From an uncultured Gemmatimonadales bacterium (GTDB lineage: Bacteria > Gemmatimonadota > Gemmatimonadetes > Gemmatimonadales > Gemmatimonadaceae), in contig CAVTUF010000001.1 of the NCBI GenBank assembly GCA_963737895.1, positions 1,289,150-1,353,149 of the forward strand: a stretch of 64,000 nt of DNA, read 5' to 3'. Position 1 is the stretch's first letter. Each line of letters starts with the position of its first letter. Shown in pieces: positions 36,946 through 45,979 of this stretch. A program made the translations under genes and the position numbers. The notes under the pieces are model-generated. The model ran no database searches and was not told the DNA's origin. It saw nothing but the letters and a program-made list of their open reading frames with translations.

Positions 36946-37952
36946 GGCGCCCTCTCCTCGGCCACGACGGCCCGGGCGCCGAGTGCGGCGATCCGTGAGA
37001 CGGCATCGCGGCGCACGATGGCCCAGGCTCGCGTCTCGATCAACGGAACGATCGCCGCCTGCCGATCGCCGGACTGCATCGTAAGGCGCGGCGCGCTCGC
37101 CGGAATCGCACCTGTCTCGCCGCACGATTGTAGCGTCGGCAATGGAATGGCGACGACGTATGCTTCGCCGCTGGCCCCCATCACGGCCCGCGGAAGATCG
37201 CGGGCCGGTAGTCCCGTCGCGTACATCTCGGCACCCATTCGGCCAAGTGCCGGCGCAACGCCACCAAGCAGGCTGCTGCCGGTCGACGCGAGGACGGCCA
37301 GCCTCTCGGCCAGAAACCGCGCAACGCTGTCCTCCTGGTCGTAAAGGATGCGCGCTGCACTCGGCAATCGCGCGGAAGCCGGGCCGGGGGTCACCACCAC
37401 GCTCGGGTGAGCAGCATCTCCGCCACAAGCGCTGTCCGGCAGCGCAATCCCGGCACCGAACGCCCGAGCGTCGGCGTGGACCACGTCCGAAGCGAGTGCC
37501 GCCCCCAAGGGATTTGCGGCTGAGTCTGGCCGTCCGGGCTGGCGACGCACGACCAGCACGTAGACGCGGTCCCACGGGAGCGGAACCGATACCAGACCGG
37601 GGTGGCCGGCCGCATAGGCTACCACCGATCGGTCCCGCGTCACCAGGATGTCTACGCCCTGGTCGAGCGCATCCCGCGCCCCGCGATCGCTAACCCGCCG
37701 CAGGACGACTGTATCCTGCCCAGCCGACGGAGGGGTACGGCCAGGCCGAGCCGGCGGCCTGGGATTCAGGCATTCCGGCGGAGCCACGGCGGCTCCGATC
37801 TGGCTCAGCAGACGCGGAACGGCGGACGCCGGGTCGCGGACGCCCAAGGAGTCAGGCGCCCCGGCGATCGTGACGGCGATCGGCCGGCTGGGCCGTTTGC
37901 CGGAGCACACAGCACCGCGAGGGGAGCCGGATCCGGCGATGGGCCGGCACAT
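36942..37952 (-). CDS. periplasmic solute-binding-protein-like protein (first gene of the kinase/regulator operon)
   Basis: Weak resemblance to ABC substrate-binding proteins (...ARDALDQGVDILVTRDRSVVAYAAG...VPLPWDRVYVLVV). The start is uncertain: ATG at 37952 or TTG at 37988. Confidence 0.5.
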   Translation of the reverse strand: MCRPIAGSGSPRGAVCSGKRPSRPIAVTIAGAPDSLGVRDPASAVPRLLSQIGAAVAPPECLNPRPPARPGRTPPSAGQDTVVLRRVSDRGARDALDQGVDILVTRDRSVVAYAAGHPGLVSVPLPWDRVYVLVVRRQPGRPDSAANPLGAALASDVVHADARAFGAGIALPDSACGGDAAHPSVVVTPGPASARLPSAARILYDQEDSVARFLAERLAVLASTGSSLLGGVAPALGRMGAEMYATGLPARDLPRAVMGASGEAYVVAIPLPTLQSCGETGAIPASAPRLTMQSGDRQAAIVPLIETRAWAIVRRDAVSRIAALGARAVVAEERAP

Positions 37953-38237
37953 ACGCTTTCCCACAGGCCGCGGCCGCAGCCACTCCAATAAGGCCTCCGA
38001 TCCGGCCCAATCGGCAAACCCAGTCCATGCGTTCCGGCGCGTCCGGAGCCAGTGGGATCCGTCGGCGTCGCCCGCGACGCCCCGTCGTCTCCCCGCTCCC
38101 CTGAGCGTCGCCCCTCCTGCGGGTTATACCCCAATGGCCGAGCCCGGGATTACGTCCGGATTAGGACTGCATGATCAGTCGGTTCCGTTCCGGCTTGCTT
38201 ACCTTTGCTGGCGAGTTGTGGGTGCTCAGGGAACCGG

Positions 38238-38252
38238 TGGCACCATTCCCGC
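38238..38252 (+). promoter_or_regulatory. sigma-54 (-24/-12) promoter candidate
   Basis: TGGCACcattcCCGC, with GG at 38239-38240 and GC at 38251-38252 (GG-N10-GC). It lies 52 nt upstream of ATG 38304, divergent from the binding-protein/kinase/sigma-54-regulator operon. Confidence 0.6.
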
Positions 38253-38303
38253 CGTAGTACCCCTGGGAACTACCACCTTACCGACGCACGCAAGGAGGAA
38301 TTG

Positions 38304-38669
38304 ATGCTCCAGAAACTCTCCACAGTTGTCGCAGTGGCCGGCGCCATCGCTCTCGGTGCGGCATACTCCGCCCACGCAGCACCGGCCGGAGTACCCACCG
38401 TCCGCGGCGTAGCGGCGGACAGCGTCACGGGCTGTCTGAAGAAAGGCGACAAGAAAGACGTGTACTCAGTGACCGACGCGTCGGGCAAGAAGCATTGGGT
38501 TACCAGCTCGACGGTGGCGCTCGCTGGGCATGTGGGGCACACGGTGACTGTGTCCGGGGCAGCGCCCATGGACAACAAGAATGGGCAACGACACGTCAAT
38601 GAAAATGTCGGGAGGCGACATGGGCCCGATGAACGTGACGTCCATGACCATGGTAAGCGCCAGTTGTAA
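38304..38669 (+). CDS. small secreted protein (DUF5818-like guess); the C-terminus may be frameshifted
   Basis: AAGGAGG lies 6 nt upstream of ATG 38304. Signal peptide VVAVAGAIALGAAYSAHA, then VTGCLKKGDKKDVYSVTDASGKKHWV...HVGHTVTVSG. The +1 frame ends with the Met-rich MKMSGGDMGPMNVTSMTMVSASCK (TAA 38671-38673). Confidence 0.7.
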   Translation: MLQKLSTVVAVAGAIALGAAYSAHAAPAGVPTVRGVAADSVTGCLKKGDKKDVYSVTDASGKKHWVTSSTVALAGHVGHTVTVSGAAPMDNKNGQRHVNENVGRRHGPDERDVHDHGKRQL

Positions 38670-38699
38670 GTAACACCGCTCGAGTTTTTGCATGCGCGC

Positions 38700-38736
38700 G
38701 AGGAGCCGGCTGTGAAGAATTGGCAGCCGGCTCCTC
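38700..38736 (+). terminator. rho-independent terminator
   Basis: GAGGAGCCGGCTG-tgaagaattgg-CAGCCGGCTCCTC followed by GTGTCTTCGG. Confidence 0.65.
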
Positions 38737-38863
38737 GTGTCTTCGGTGTCCCGGCTGACGGACTCGGCAGAATCATGCTGACGTAACCCGGCGGATGCCG
38801 TCCGACGCCCTGAGTACGTAGATTGCTTACTCCTCTTGATCCCGTCCCCGAAAGGAGCACTAC

Positions 38864-39349
38864 GTGGCGAACAACAAGGATGAAGCCGCTGCCCGAAAGC
38901 AACTCGTCCAGGGTCTACAGGACGACCTGGCACGCGAGTACAAGGCGCTGATTCAGTACATCATTTTCAGCCAGAAGCTCGACAAAGCCCAATACATGAA
39001 CATCGCCGACCAGCTCAAGGTCCACGCTCACCAGGAGCTCGATCACGCGTTGGCGATTGCCCGGCAGCTCGACTACCTCGGCGTCTATCCGGTTCACATG
39101 CCGAAGCCGGTCGAGGTGTCGGAGGACAACGAGGAGATGCTATGGGCCGACCTGCGGGCCGAGGACGATACCATCGCCAACTATCGTGAGCGCATCCGCC
39201 AGGCCGAGGCGATCGGTGAGGTCGCACTCGCCGAGATCCTGAAGGGGATCATCACGCAGGAGCAGGATCACCAGATTGATCTGGCGACGGCGCTCGGTGT
39301 CGTTCCGGATTCGCGGATCCGTCCAGAGAAGGGGAAGGGCAAGAAGTAG
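38864..39349 (+). CDS. ferritin-like (bacterioferritin/Dps-superfamily) protein
   Basis: GTG at 38864 with AAGGAG upstream. Four-helix-bundle di-iron motifs EYKALIQY...AHQELDHA...EDDTIANY...EQDH. Confidence 0.8.
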   Translation: MANNKDEAAARKQLVQGLQDDLAREYKALIQYIIFSQKLDKAQYMNIADQLKVHAHQELDHALAIARQLDYLGVYPVHMPKPVEVSEDNEEMLWADLRAEDDTIANYRERIRQAEAIGEVALAEILKGIITQEQDHQIDLATALGVVPDSRIRPEKGKGKK

Positions 39350-39400
39350 TCGCGGATCAGGATCGAAGAATCAGGATCACGGAGCGCTGCGCTGCACCGA

Positions 39401-40285
39401 TCAGCGCGCGCCTTGTGGCGTTGCTCGTGCCGCGCTTCGCTCCAACAGTACCATCCCCGACATTCGCCGGTACTCTTCGCGTTGCTTCTTCGGAGAGACA
39501 CGCGCCATGAGGCGCCACAGCCACGCGAGCCGCATCTCTCGATGCAGCCGGTGCGCTTCCTCGAGCGATGAGCGGAACAACACTTCTCGCCATCCGAATG
39601 GTGCGAAGAACGCCGTGCCTTCCGCGGGGCCGAAACGAAACGGCGCGCTGCCGGCGTGCAGCGCCGATCCCCAGTGGCGTTCCAGCATCTTGAGCAATCG
39701 CGGGCTCGCCAGGTCGGTCGTCCACCAGCGAAAGTTCTCCGCAGCGTACAGATCGCGCGCGAGCGCTCCAACCTGATCGGACGTGAGATAGATCAGCAGT
39801 CCTTCTGTCACGACGAGGGCGCGCTGCGACTCGGTGCCGAGCCGCGTGAATAGGACAGCGCGGGCCGTGGCGTCGGTGAGGTCGGTCGTGATGGCCTCGT
39901 ACCGGCACGACGGGCGCTCTCCCTGAAGCATGTTGGATTTGTATTCCAGAATCGCCGGCAGGTCGACGTCTACCCATCGCAGCGCTGCCGGGAGGTCAAG
40001 GCGCCACGGGCGTGCGTCGAGACCCGCCGCGAGATTCAGCACGAGATCGGCGTTCTGACTCGCGATCGTGCCGAGGATGATCTCGTCGAGAACGGCCGTC
40101 CGGACGATCATCGCCCACGCTGCCGCCTGGCCTTGCGGCAGGGTCGTCGCGATCTCGCGCCCGTGGGCACCGGCAAGCCGGCGGGCGTACGGATCGCGGA
40201 AGATGGCGTCAGGCCGATCCGTCTCCATGGCGCGGTATTCCGCGACCCATCGAGCCGTGTCCGAGATATGCTCGATCAGGGCCAT
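39401..40285 (-). CDS. class I SAM-dependent O-methyltransferase (LCMT / TIGR00027-like)
   Basis: ISDTARWVAEYRAMET...DPYARRLAG...VLNLAAGLDARPWRL...RWVDVDLP. Confidence 0.85.
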   Translation of the reverse strand: MALIEHISDTARWVAEYRAMETDRPDAIFRDPYARRLAGAHGREIATTLPQGQAAAWAMIVRTAVLDEIILGTIASQNADLVLNLAAGLDARPWRLDLPAALRWVDVDLPAILEYKSNMLQGERPSCRYEAITTDLTDATARAVLFTRLGTESQRALVVTEGLLIYLTSDQVGALARDLYAAENFRWWTTDLASPRLLKMLERHWGSALHAGSAPFRFGPAEGTAFFAPFGWREVLFRSSLEEAHRLHREMRLAWLWRLMARVSPKKQREEYRRMSGMVLLERSAARATPQGAR

Positions 40286-40420
40286 AGCTCATGCCTCCGG
40301 TGACCAAGTGCTTGCGGAATCGATAATGGCCATCGACGGCACGATCCGATCGGCGCCGGCTGGCCACGAGCGGACCTCGTTCGTGCTTCCTGAAGCGCCC
40401 GGAGGCCCAACTCCTGGGAA

Positions 40421-40627
40421 TCAGCCGGCCGGGACGTTTCCTTCGCGGCCACACAGAACGCACCCGAGCACGGTGCCGATCCGGCCCGAGCGCCCCGTGG
40501 CCGTCGTGACCCATTGGCGGACCTGCCAGGGGGGATCATGACGGACGTGCTGCGTATGCCCGCACTCGAGATCCGCGACCCAGTCGCCCTCGGCGTCCAG
40601 GTGGAATCCGGTGATCCGGCGAGGCAT
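40421..40627 (-). CDS. DUF3565-like small protein
   Basis: ITGFHLDAEGDWVADLECGHTQHVRHDPPWQVRQWV matches my recollection of the DUF3565 core. ATG at 40627 is preferred. Confidence 0.65.
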   Translation of the reverse strand: MPRRITGFHLDAEGDWVADLECGHTQHVRHDPPWQVRQWVTTATGRSGRIGTVLGCVLCGREGNVPAG

Positions 40628-40729
40628 GGCGTAGCCAGCCGAAGGATCAGGCCGCAACCTCGGGTATTCCGGAGATACCGCTGTCGGTGCCCGGCACGGC
40701 TATACGCCGTCGCCGGCGCCCCACGAGTG

Positions 40730-40984
40730 TCACCGCCCCCAACTGAGCGCTTCCAATTCCCGCTCCGGCAGGAGCCACCAGTCGTCGGGGTAGTTCGACA
40801 CCCTCCGCATGGCCGACGCCGACATGAACACGAGCGACCGCCCGGATGCTGATACGTGCTCCGTTACGCGCCATTCACGCCCTGCCCCGTCATCGAAGGT
40901 CCGGCCAGGCCGCGCTGGGCCCCGGCGCGATTGTGCGAATGCAGTATCCACGGCTCCCCGAGTCAACAGGCCCTTGGCGCCCAT
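40730..40984 (-). CDS. hypothetical small protein
   Basis: The C-terminal ...REWRVTEHVSASGRSLVFMSASAMRRVSNYPDDWWLLPERELEALSW looks like a conserved small-protein pattern. The start is uncertain. Confidence 0.4.
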   Translation of the reverse strand: MGAKGLLTRGAVDTAFAQSRRGPARPGRTFDDGAGREWRVTEHVSASGRSLVFMSASAMRRVSNYPDDWWLLPERELEALSWGR

Positions 40985-41119
40985 ATCCACTGACGCCTCC
41001 AGACAAGACTGCCGGTGGTAGCAATTCCCGCGCCCGGGGCAGCTCACCGGGCCGCGACGACCGGAAGCCGCCAGCTATGAACCCTTCAATAATCGCCCTC
41101 CATCCTTATAGTATGCGCC

Positions 41120-41926
41120 GTGGACATACGCCGGATCGGGACTTGGACTGAATACGAGGCGTGCGTCGCTCTCCAGCGAGAGGTATGGGGCCCCGCGTTC
41201 GCCGAATGCGTCCCGGCCGCGATCCTGATGGTGACACAACGGATCGGCGGCGTGGTCGCCGGAGCGTTCGGCGACGACGGCGAGTTGATCGGTTTCGTCT
41301 TCGGCATGACGGGGGTCGAGCACGGCCGCCTCGTGCATTGGTCCGACATGCTCGCGGTACGAACCGGCGCGCGAGGCCGCGGTATTGGACGACGGTTGAA
41401 GCTGTTCCAGCGGGACGCCGTGCGCGAGATCGGCGTGGGCACGATGTACTGGACGTTCGACCCGCTGGTCGCGCGCAATGCGCGCCTCAACCTGGTGACG
41501 CTCGGTGCGGGTGTGGCGGACTACGTGACGGACATGTATGGCGCGGTCACGTCGAGCGCCTTGCACCAGGGGCTGGGCACCGACCGCTTCATCGTCGCCT
41601 GGCAGTTGGACGATGCGGCCGCCTCCTCTCCGCGGACCGAGACGCCGCTCGACCGGTGCACCGCCATTCCCGAGCTCAATACGATGTCCATTGATCGCAT
41701 GCCCATTGGTGCGCCTGCGGTCCGCGTCTCGATCCCGCTCCACATCGATCGCATCCAGAAGACGTCCCTCGCCGACGCCGGCCAATGGCGGGCCGAAACC
41801 CGGCGCGCGTTTCTCTGGGGCTTCGAGCACGGCTATCACGTCTCCGGCTACTATCGCAATGAGCCATCGGAGACCGCCGGCTACATTCTGGCTCTCGGCG
41901 CACCGTACCACTCCCGCACACGCTGA
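41120..41926 (+). CDS. GNAT-fold acyltransferase (candidate D-amino-acid N-succinyltransferase)
   Basis: GTG at 41120. The acyl-CoA loop RGRGIGRRLK is followed by a second domain YWTFDPLVARNARLN. It lies immediately upstream of the racemase gene. Confidence 0.65.
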   Translation: MDIRRIGTWTEYEACVALQREVWGPAFAECVPAAILMVTQRIGGVVAGAFGDDGELIGFVFGMTGVEHGRLVHWSDMLAVRTGARGRGIGRRLKLFQRDAVREIGVGTMYWTFDPLVARNARLNLVTLGAGVADYVTDMYGAVTSSALHQGLGTDRFIVAWQLDDAAASSPRTETPLDRCTAIPELNTMSIDRMPIGAPAVRVSIPLHIDRIQKTSLADAGQWRAETRRAFLWGFEHGYHVSGYYRNEPSETAGYILALGAPYHSRTR

Positions 41927-41936
41927 AACCACATCC

Positions 41937-43079
41937 ATGCTTCTCGTCGATCGCATCACCCTGCGCGAAGTCCGGCTTCCGCTCAAGGAACCGTTCCGCA
42001 TCTCGTCCGGCGTCGTTACGGAACGCCGGATCTTTCTGCTGGAACTGCACGATGCCGGCGGCACCAGCACCTGGTCCGAGTGCGTTGCCGGAGAACAACC
42101 CAACTACACGGCGGAGACGATCGACACCGCGTGGTACGCGATCGAGAAATGGATCGCGCCCCGGGTGTTGGGCGTGCGGTTCAACGGGCCGGAAGATGTG
42201 AACGCCGAGCTGAATCGCGATCTGCGCGGGCACCCAATGGCCAAGGCCGCGGTCGAGATGGGCTGCTGGGGCCTGGCCGCGACTGCGGAGGGCGTGCCCT
42301 TGTCGAAACGAATCGGAGGCACGCGTGATCACGTCGCAACCGGCATCTCACTCGGCATCCAGGCGAATCCCGCCGCGCTCGTCCAGCGCGCCACCACCGC
42401 CGTGGCGCAGGGATATCGCAAGATCAAGGTCAAGATCGCGCCTGGATCCGACATCGCGTTCGTCCGCGCGGTGCGCGACGCACTGGGACATGACATCCAC
42501 CTCATGGCCGATGCGAACTCCGCGTACCACTTGAGCGATGCGGATCACCTCGCGCAGCTCGATGAGTTCAACCTGATCATGATCGAGCAACCGCTTGGCG
42601 CCGACGACATTCGCCAGCACGCCGAGTTGCAGCGGCGGCTCCGTACGCCGATCTGTCTCGACGAGTCCATCACCAGTGTGGACCGCGCACGCGACATGAT
42701 CGCGCTCGGCAGCGGCCGCATCGTCAACATCAAGCCCGGCCGGGTCGGCGGCTACGCGGCATCGCTCGCGATCCACGATGTCTGCCGGCAGAGCGGCATC
42801 CCCGTCTGGTGCGGCGGGATGCTCGAAAGTGGCGTCGGCCGGGCCTACAACGTGGCACTCGCATCGCTGCCCAATTTCACGCTGCCGGGCGACCTCTCGC
42901 CGAGCGCGCGGTACTGGGAGCGAGACCTCGTGACTCCCGAGTGGACGATGGACGCGGAGGGGATGGTGCCGGTGCCGCGGTCGCGACCCGGCATCGGCGT
43001 CACCGTCGACATGGATCGCGTCGATGCGCTGACGGCTCGTACAGCGACGCTGACCCCGGCCATGCAGGCGGTCGCGTGA
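41937..43079 (+). CDS. o-succinylbenzoate synthase / N-succinylamino-acid racemase (enolase superfamily, MLE subgroup)
   Basis: ATG at 41937. KxK motif YRKIKVKIAP, metal ligands DANSAY, MIEQPL and CLDESI, and the second catalytic Lys in VNIKPGRVGG. Confidence 0.88.
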   Translation: MLLVDRITLREVRLPLKEPFRISSGVVTERRIFLLELHDAGGTSTWSECVAGEQPNYTAETIDTAWYAIEKWIAPRVLGVRFNGPEDVNAELNRDLRGHPMAKAAVEMGCWGLAATAEGVPLSKRIGGTRDHVATGISLGIQANPAALVQRATTAVAQGYRKIKVKIAPGSDIAFVRAVRDALGHDIHLMADANSAYHLSDADHLAQLDEFNLIMIEQPLGADDIRQHAELQRRLRTPICLDESITSVDRARDMIALGSGRIVNIKPGRVGGYAASLAIHDVCRQSGIPVWCGGMLESGVGRAYNVALASLPNFTLPGDLSPSARYWERDLVTPEWTMDAEGMVPVPRSRPGIGVTVDMDRVDALTARTATLTPAMQAVA

Positions 43080-44320
43080 CGGCACCGGCCGAGGCACAGA
43101 GAGGCACGCCAGCGGCCGGCGTTTCTGTCCCGGCCGCCCTCCGGCCGCTGTTTTCAGGATCGCTGGCCGGCGATCTGGTTCAGCTTCGGCGCGCGCTACA
43201 CCAGCACCCCGAGCTGTCGCTCGCCGAAACCGAGACCGCGCGCCGTCTCGCGACGGCGCTGACCGATGTGGCGGGACTGCCTCGCGCCGATGTTCGGCTT
43301 GTCGGCACGGCGGTGATCGGCCGCGTTCGGGGACGCCAGCCAGGTGCGCCGGTCGTCGCGCTGCGCGGGGACATCGATGCACTTCCCATTCAGGAGTCCA
43401 CCGGGCTCCCGTTCGCATCGCAGGTTCCGGGCGTGATGCACGCCTGCGGACATGATGTGCACGCAACGTGGGCGGTCGGCGCCGCCGCGCTGCTCGCCGC
43501 CGCACCAGCAGCAGGCGATGTCCTGATCGTCCTTCAGCCGGCGGAAGAAATCGACCGTGGCGCCGCGGCTGTCCTGGACGCGGGTGTACTGGACGGCGTC
43601 GCGGCAATCTTCGGCGGCCACGTCGATCGCCGCTTCGCGGTCGGGCAAGTCGTGGCCGACGACGGGCCGCTCGCGGCATCGGCCGACACGTTCACGATCG
43701 AGCTGATAGGACGCGGCGCGCACGCGGCACGTCCCCAGGAATCCGCGGACCCCGTCGTCGGCGCGGGGACGCTGATCGTCGCCGCGCAGGCGATCGTCGC
43801 CCGCCGGGTGCACCCCGCGACGCCTGCAGTGCTGACGATCGCCACCGTGCATGCGGGCACCGCGAACAACATCATCCCGGATCGCGCAGTGCTCACGGGG
43901 ACGATCCGTACCGTGGATCCGTCCACCCGCCGACTGGTGCGTGAAGAGTTGGAGCGGATGGCAGGCGCGATCGCCACCGCCTACCGGCTCGAGGCGAAGG
44001 TCGCGGTGGAGCTCGGGCCGCCGCCTCTCGTTAATCCGCACCAACCTGCCGAGTGGGCGCGCCAGGCCGTGCGCACGGTACTCGGCGACCGCGCGTTGGC
44101 ACCTCTCGGTATTGTGAACCTCGCCGCCGAGGATTTCGCGCGGTACCTGGAGCGGATGCCTGGCTGTTTCCTCCGCATCGGTGCGCGCGAGGCAGGTGGC
44201 GAGCCGATCGCCGCCCACTCCCCGCATTTCACGGCGGCCGAAGAGAGCATCTTTGTGGGAGCCGCGGTGTTGGCGGAGACCGCCCGCATCGCGTCAGGGA
44301 GTCTCGCGGACGGACGTTAG
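43076..44320 (+). CDS. M20-family amidohydrolase (candidate N-succinyl-L-amino-acid desuccinylase)
   Basis: GTG at 43076 overlaps the racemase stop (GTGA). LHQHPELSLAE...MHACGHDVH...LQPAEE. Confidence 0.85.
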   Translation: MTAPAEAQRGTPAAGVSVPAALRPLFSGSLAGDLVQLRRALHQHPELSLAETETARRLATALTDVAGLPRADVRLVGTAVIGRVRGRQPGAPVVALRGDIDALPIQESTGLPFASQVPGVMHACGHDVHATWAVGAAALLAAAPAAGDVLIVLQPAEEIDRGAAAVLDAGVLDGVAAIFGGHVDRRFAVGQVVADDGPLAASADTFTIELIGRGAHAARPQESADPVVGAGTLIVAAQAIVARRVHPATPAVLTIATVHAGTANNIIPDRAVLTGTIRTVDPSTRRLVREELERMAGAIATAYRLEAKVAVELGPPPLVNPHQPAEWARQAVRTVLGDRALAPLGIVNLAAEDFARYLERMPGCFLRIGAREAGGEPIAAHSPHFTAAEESIFVGAAVLAETARIASGSLADGR

Positions 44321-44354
44321 GGGCAAGCGAGTGGCGATCGAATATGTACAAAAA

Positions 44355-44387
44355 GGCCGGCTGCGATTCACCGCAGCCGGCCTTTTT
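44355..44387. terminator. bidirectional rho-independent terminator
   Basis: AAAAA-GGCCGGCTGCG-attcac-CGCAGCCGGCC-TTTTT between convergent genes. Confidence 0.85.
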
Positions 44388-44431
44388 GTCGTTTCTAACT
44401 CCTAACTACTAGCTCCTGCCAACTTCTCTCC

Positions 44432-45978
44432 TCACGGACTGCACGTAAACGTGAACTTCCCGTCGTGCGCAGACGTCACGGCCACTGGAACGGGCAGAAT
44501 CGTGGTATGCTGGTCGGTCACTCCCGGCAGGTGTATGACATCCCACGTCGTGTCCTCCACGGCTTCGATCTTGTACATACGGAGCGCGATCGCCCGGTCT
44601 GAGCTGCCCTCGAAGGCGGTCGAGATCTGCTGTTCCTTCAACAGTGCGTCGCGGACGGTGGTGTAGGTTGACGCGCTGACGGGCGGCTCCCCCCCACGAC
44701 CGTGCGGACGTCGTTGATCAGGGTCATTGCGTTCGCCAGGTTCCCGAGTGCGAGTTGGACCTGCGCCTCGATCAGCGTCAGGGTCTCGTTCCGGATGACT
44801 GGTATCGGTGAATTGGTCGACGGATACGCGGCGTAATGATACGGTGCCGCTGACGGCGAATACGTCGGCTGCTGGATGATGTGCGTAGTATCCAGAGAGA
44901 TCTTTGCCCGCCAGCGCAGGTCGGCCGTGTCCTGGTCGGCAGTCATCTCCTTCAGCAGCCAGAGCGTGTTGGCGAGGCCGTTGATGGGGTTGACCAGATC
45001 TCCCGATGTCGCGCTGAAGTCGAAAAACACCGCAAACGGGTCCGTGGTGGTGAACCCGCCGACCGGATTCGGCGCCAGCGATCCCGGATCGAAAAGCGCC
45101 GATGCGGTGATGGCGCTGTCGGCTTTTGTCAGCGCAGCCACGTTCGGCACCCCTGGAGAGGTCGGCGATGGCGACGACGCCGGCGTGTGTCGCGCGATCG
45201 CGTACGCCCATTCCAATCCCGCCTTTCCAGCCAGCGCGCGGTTGAAGGCCGCGAACGAGCCCTGGGCAGTACTGGGTCCAGCGGACGCACTGACCGCACT
45301 GAATCCGGGCGGCAGGACGACCGGGATGGGGATGTTACCAGCAATGTTCAGGTTGGCGTTTGCCGAATCCAGCAGCGCCACGATATACGCCCAGCCGTCC
45401 TTGACGCAGACTTGGGTGGGAGGCGTCGTCGCCCCGAAACCGGGCTGAATCTCGAGACCCGTCGTGTCGTGGATCTCAGCCACGATCATGTAGTTGTACG
45501 CCTCGAGTGTTTGCACCAATCCGGTGATGGCCGCGATCTGCGCGGTCGTGTACGCCGGAGCCACCTTCGGCAACGTCGCGATGATCTGCTTTCCCTGCAG
45601 GATGTTCGTGTATTCGAACCCCCAGACCCCCCCGGTAGCACCCGTGGACGCCACGGTGGGAACCACGCCCAGGTTGTACGTGATGAAGCGTGGCTCCGTG
45701 TTGGTGAAATTGCCCCCCTGGCGACCGTAGCCCGCCATGTTGAGAACGAAGGTCCCGAGGTCGAGTCGCGTTCCGCTGATCAGCCCGGTGATACCGTTGT
45801 CGATGCCGGCCGGGGTATTCGGCACCGAGGTCGGCGCCGTAAAGAACGGAACGTTGGAGTCTTTGCAGGCCGCCATGGCCGCCAGTCCTAGAACGCCCAG
45901 GATCGCGGCTCCCCGCAACTTCGCCGTGCGACGGGAGTGACCGGCCACTCGGGCTCGCGCTGTATGTGAATGTCTCAT
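44432..45978 (-). pseudogene. SusD/RagB-family outer-membrane lipoprotein, frame broken in a C7 (G7) homopolymer at 44689-44695
   Basis: ATG at 45978 lies 1 nt after the SusC stop, with the lipobox LAAMAAC. Frame A ends ...LINDVRTVVGGSRPSARQ... at 44638. With one more G the protein continues EPPVSASTYTTVRDALLKEQQISTAFEGSSDRAIALRMY... to TGA 44432. Confidence 0.8.
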
Positions 45979-45979
45979 G

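Noticed and set aside
38780-38863. A possible sigma-54 promoter upstream of the ferritin-like gene (TTGCT at about 38835).
   Set aside because: A -12-like GC is present, but there is no GG at the required -24 spacing.
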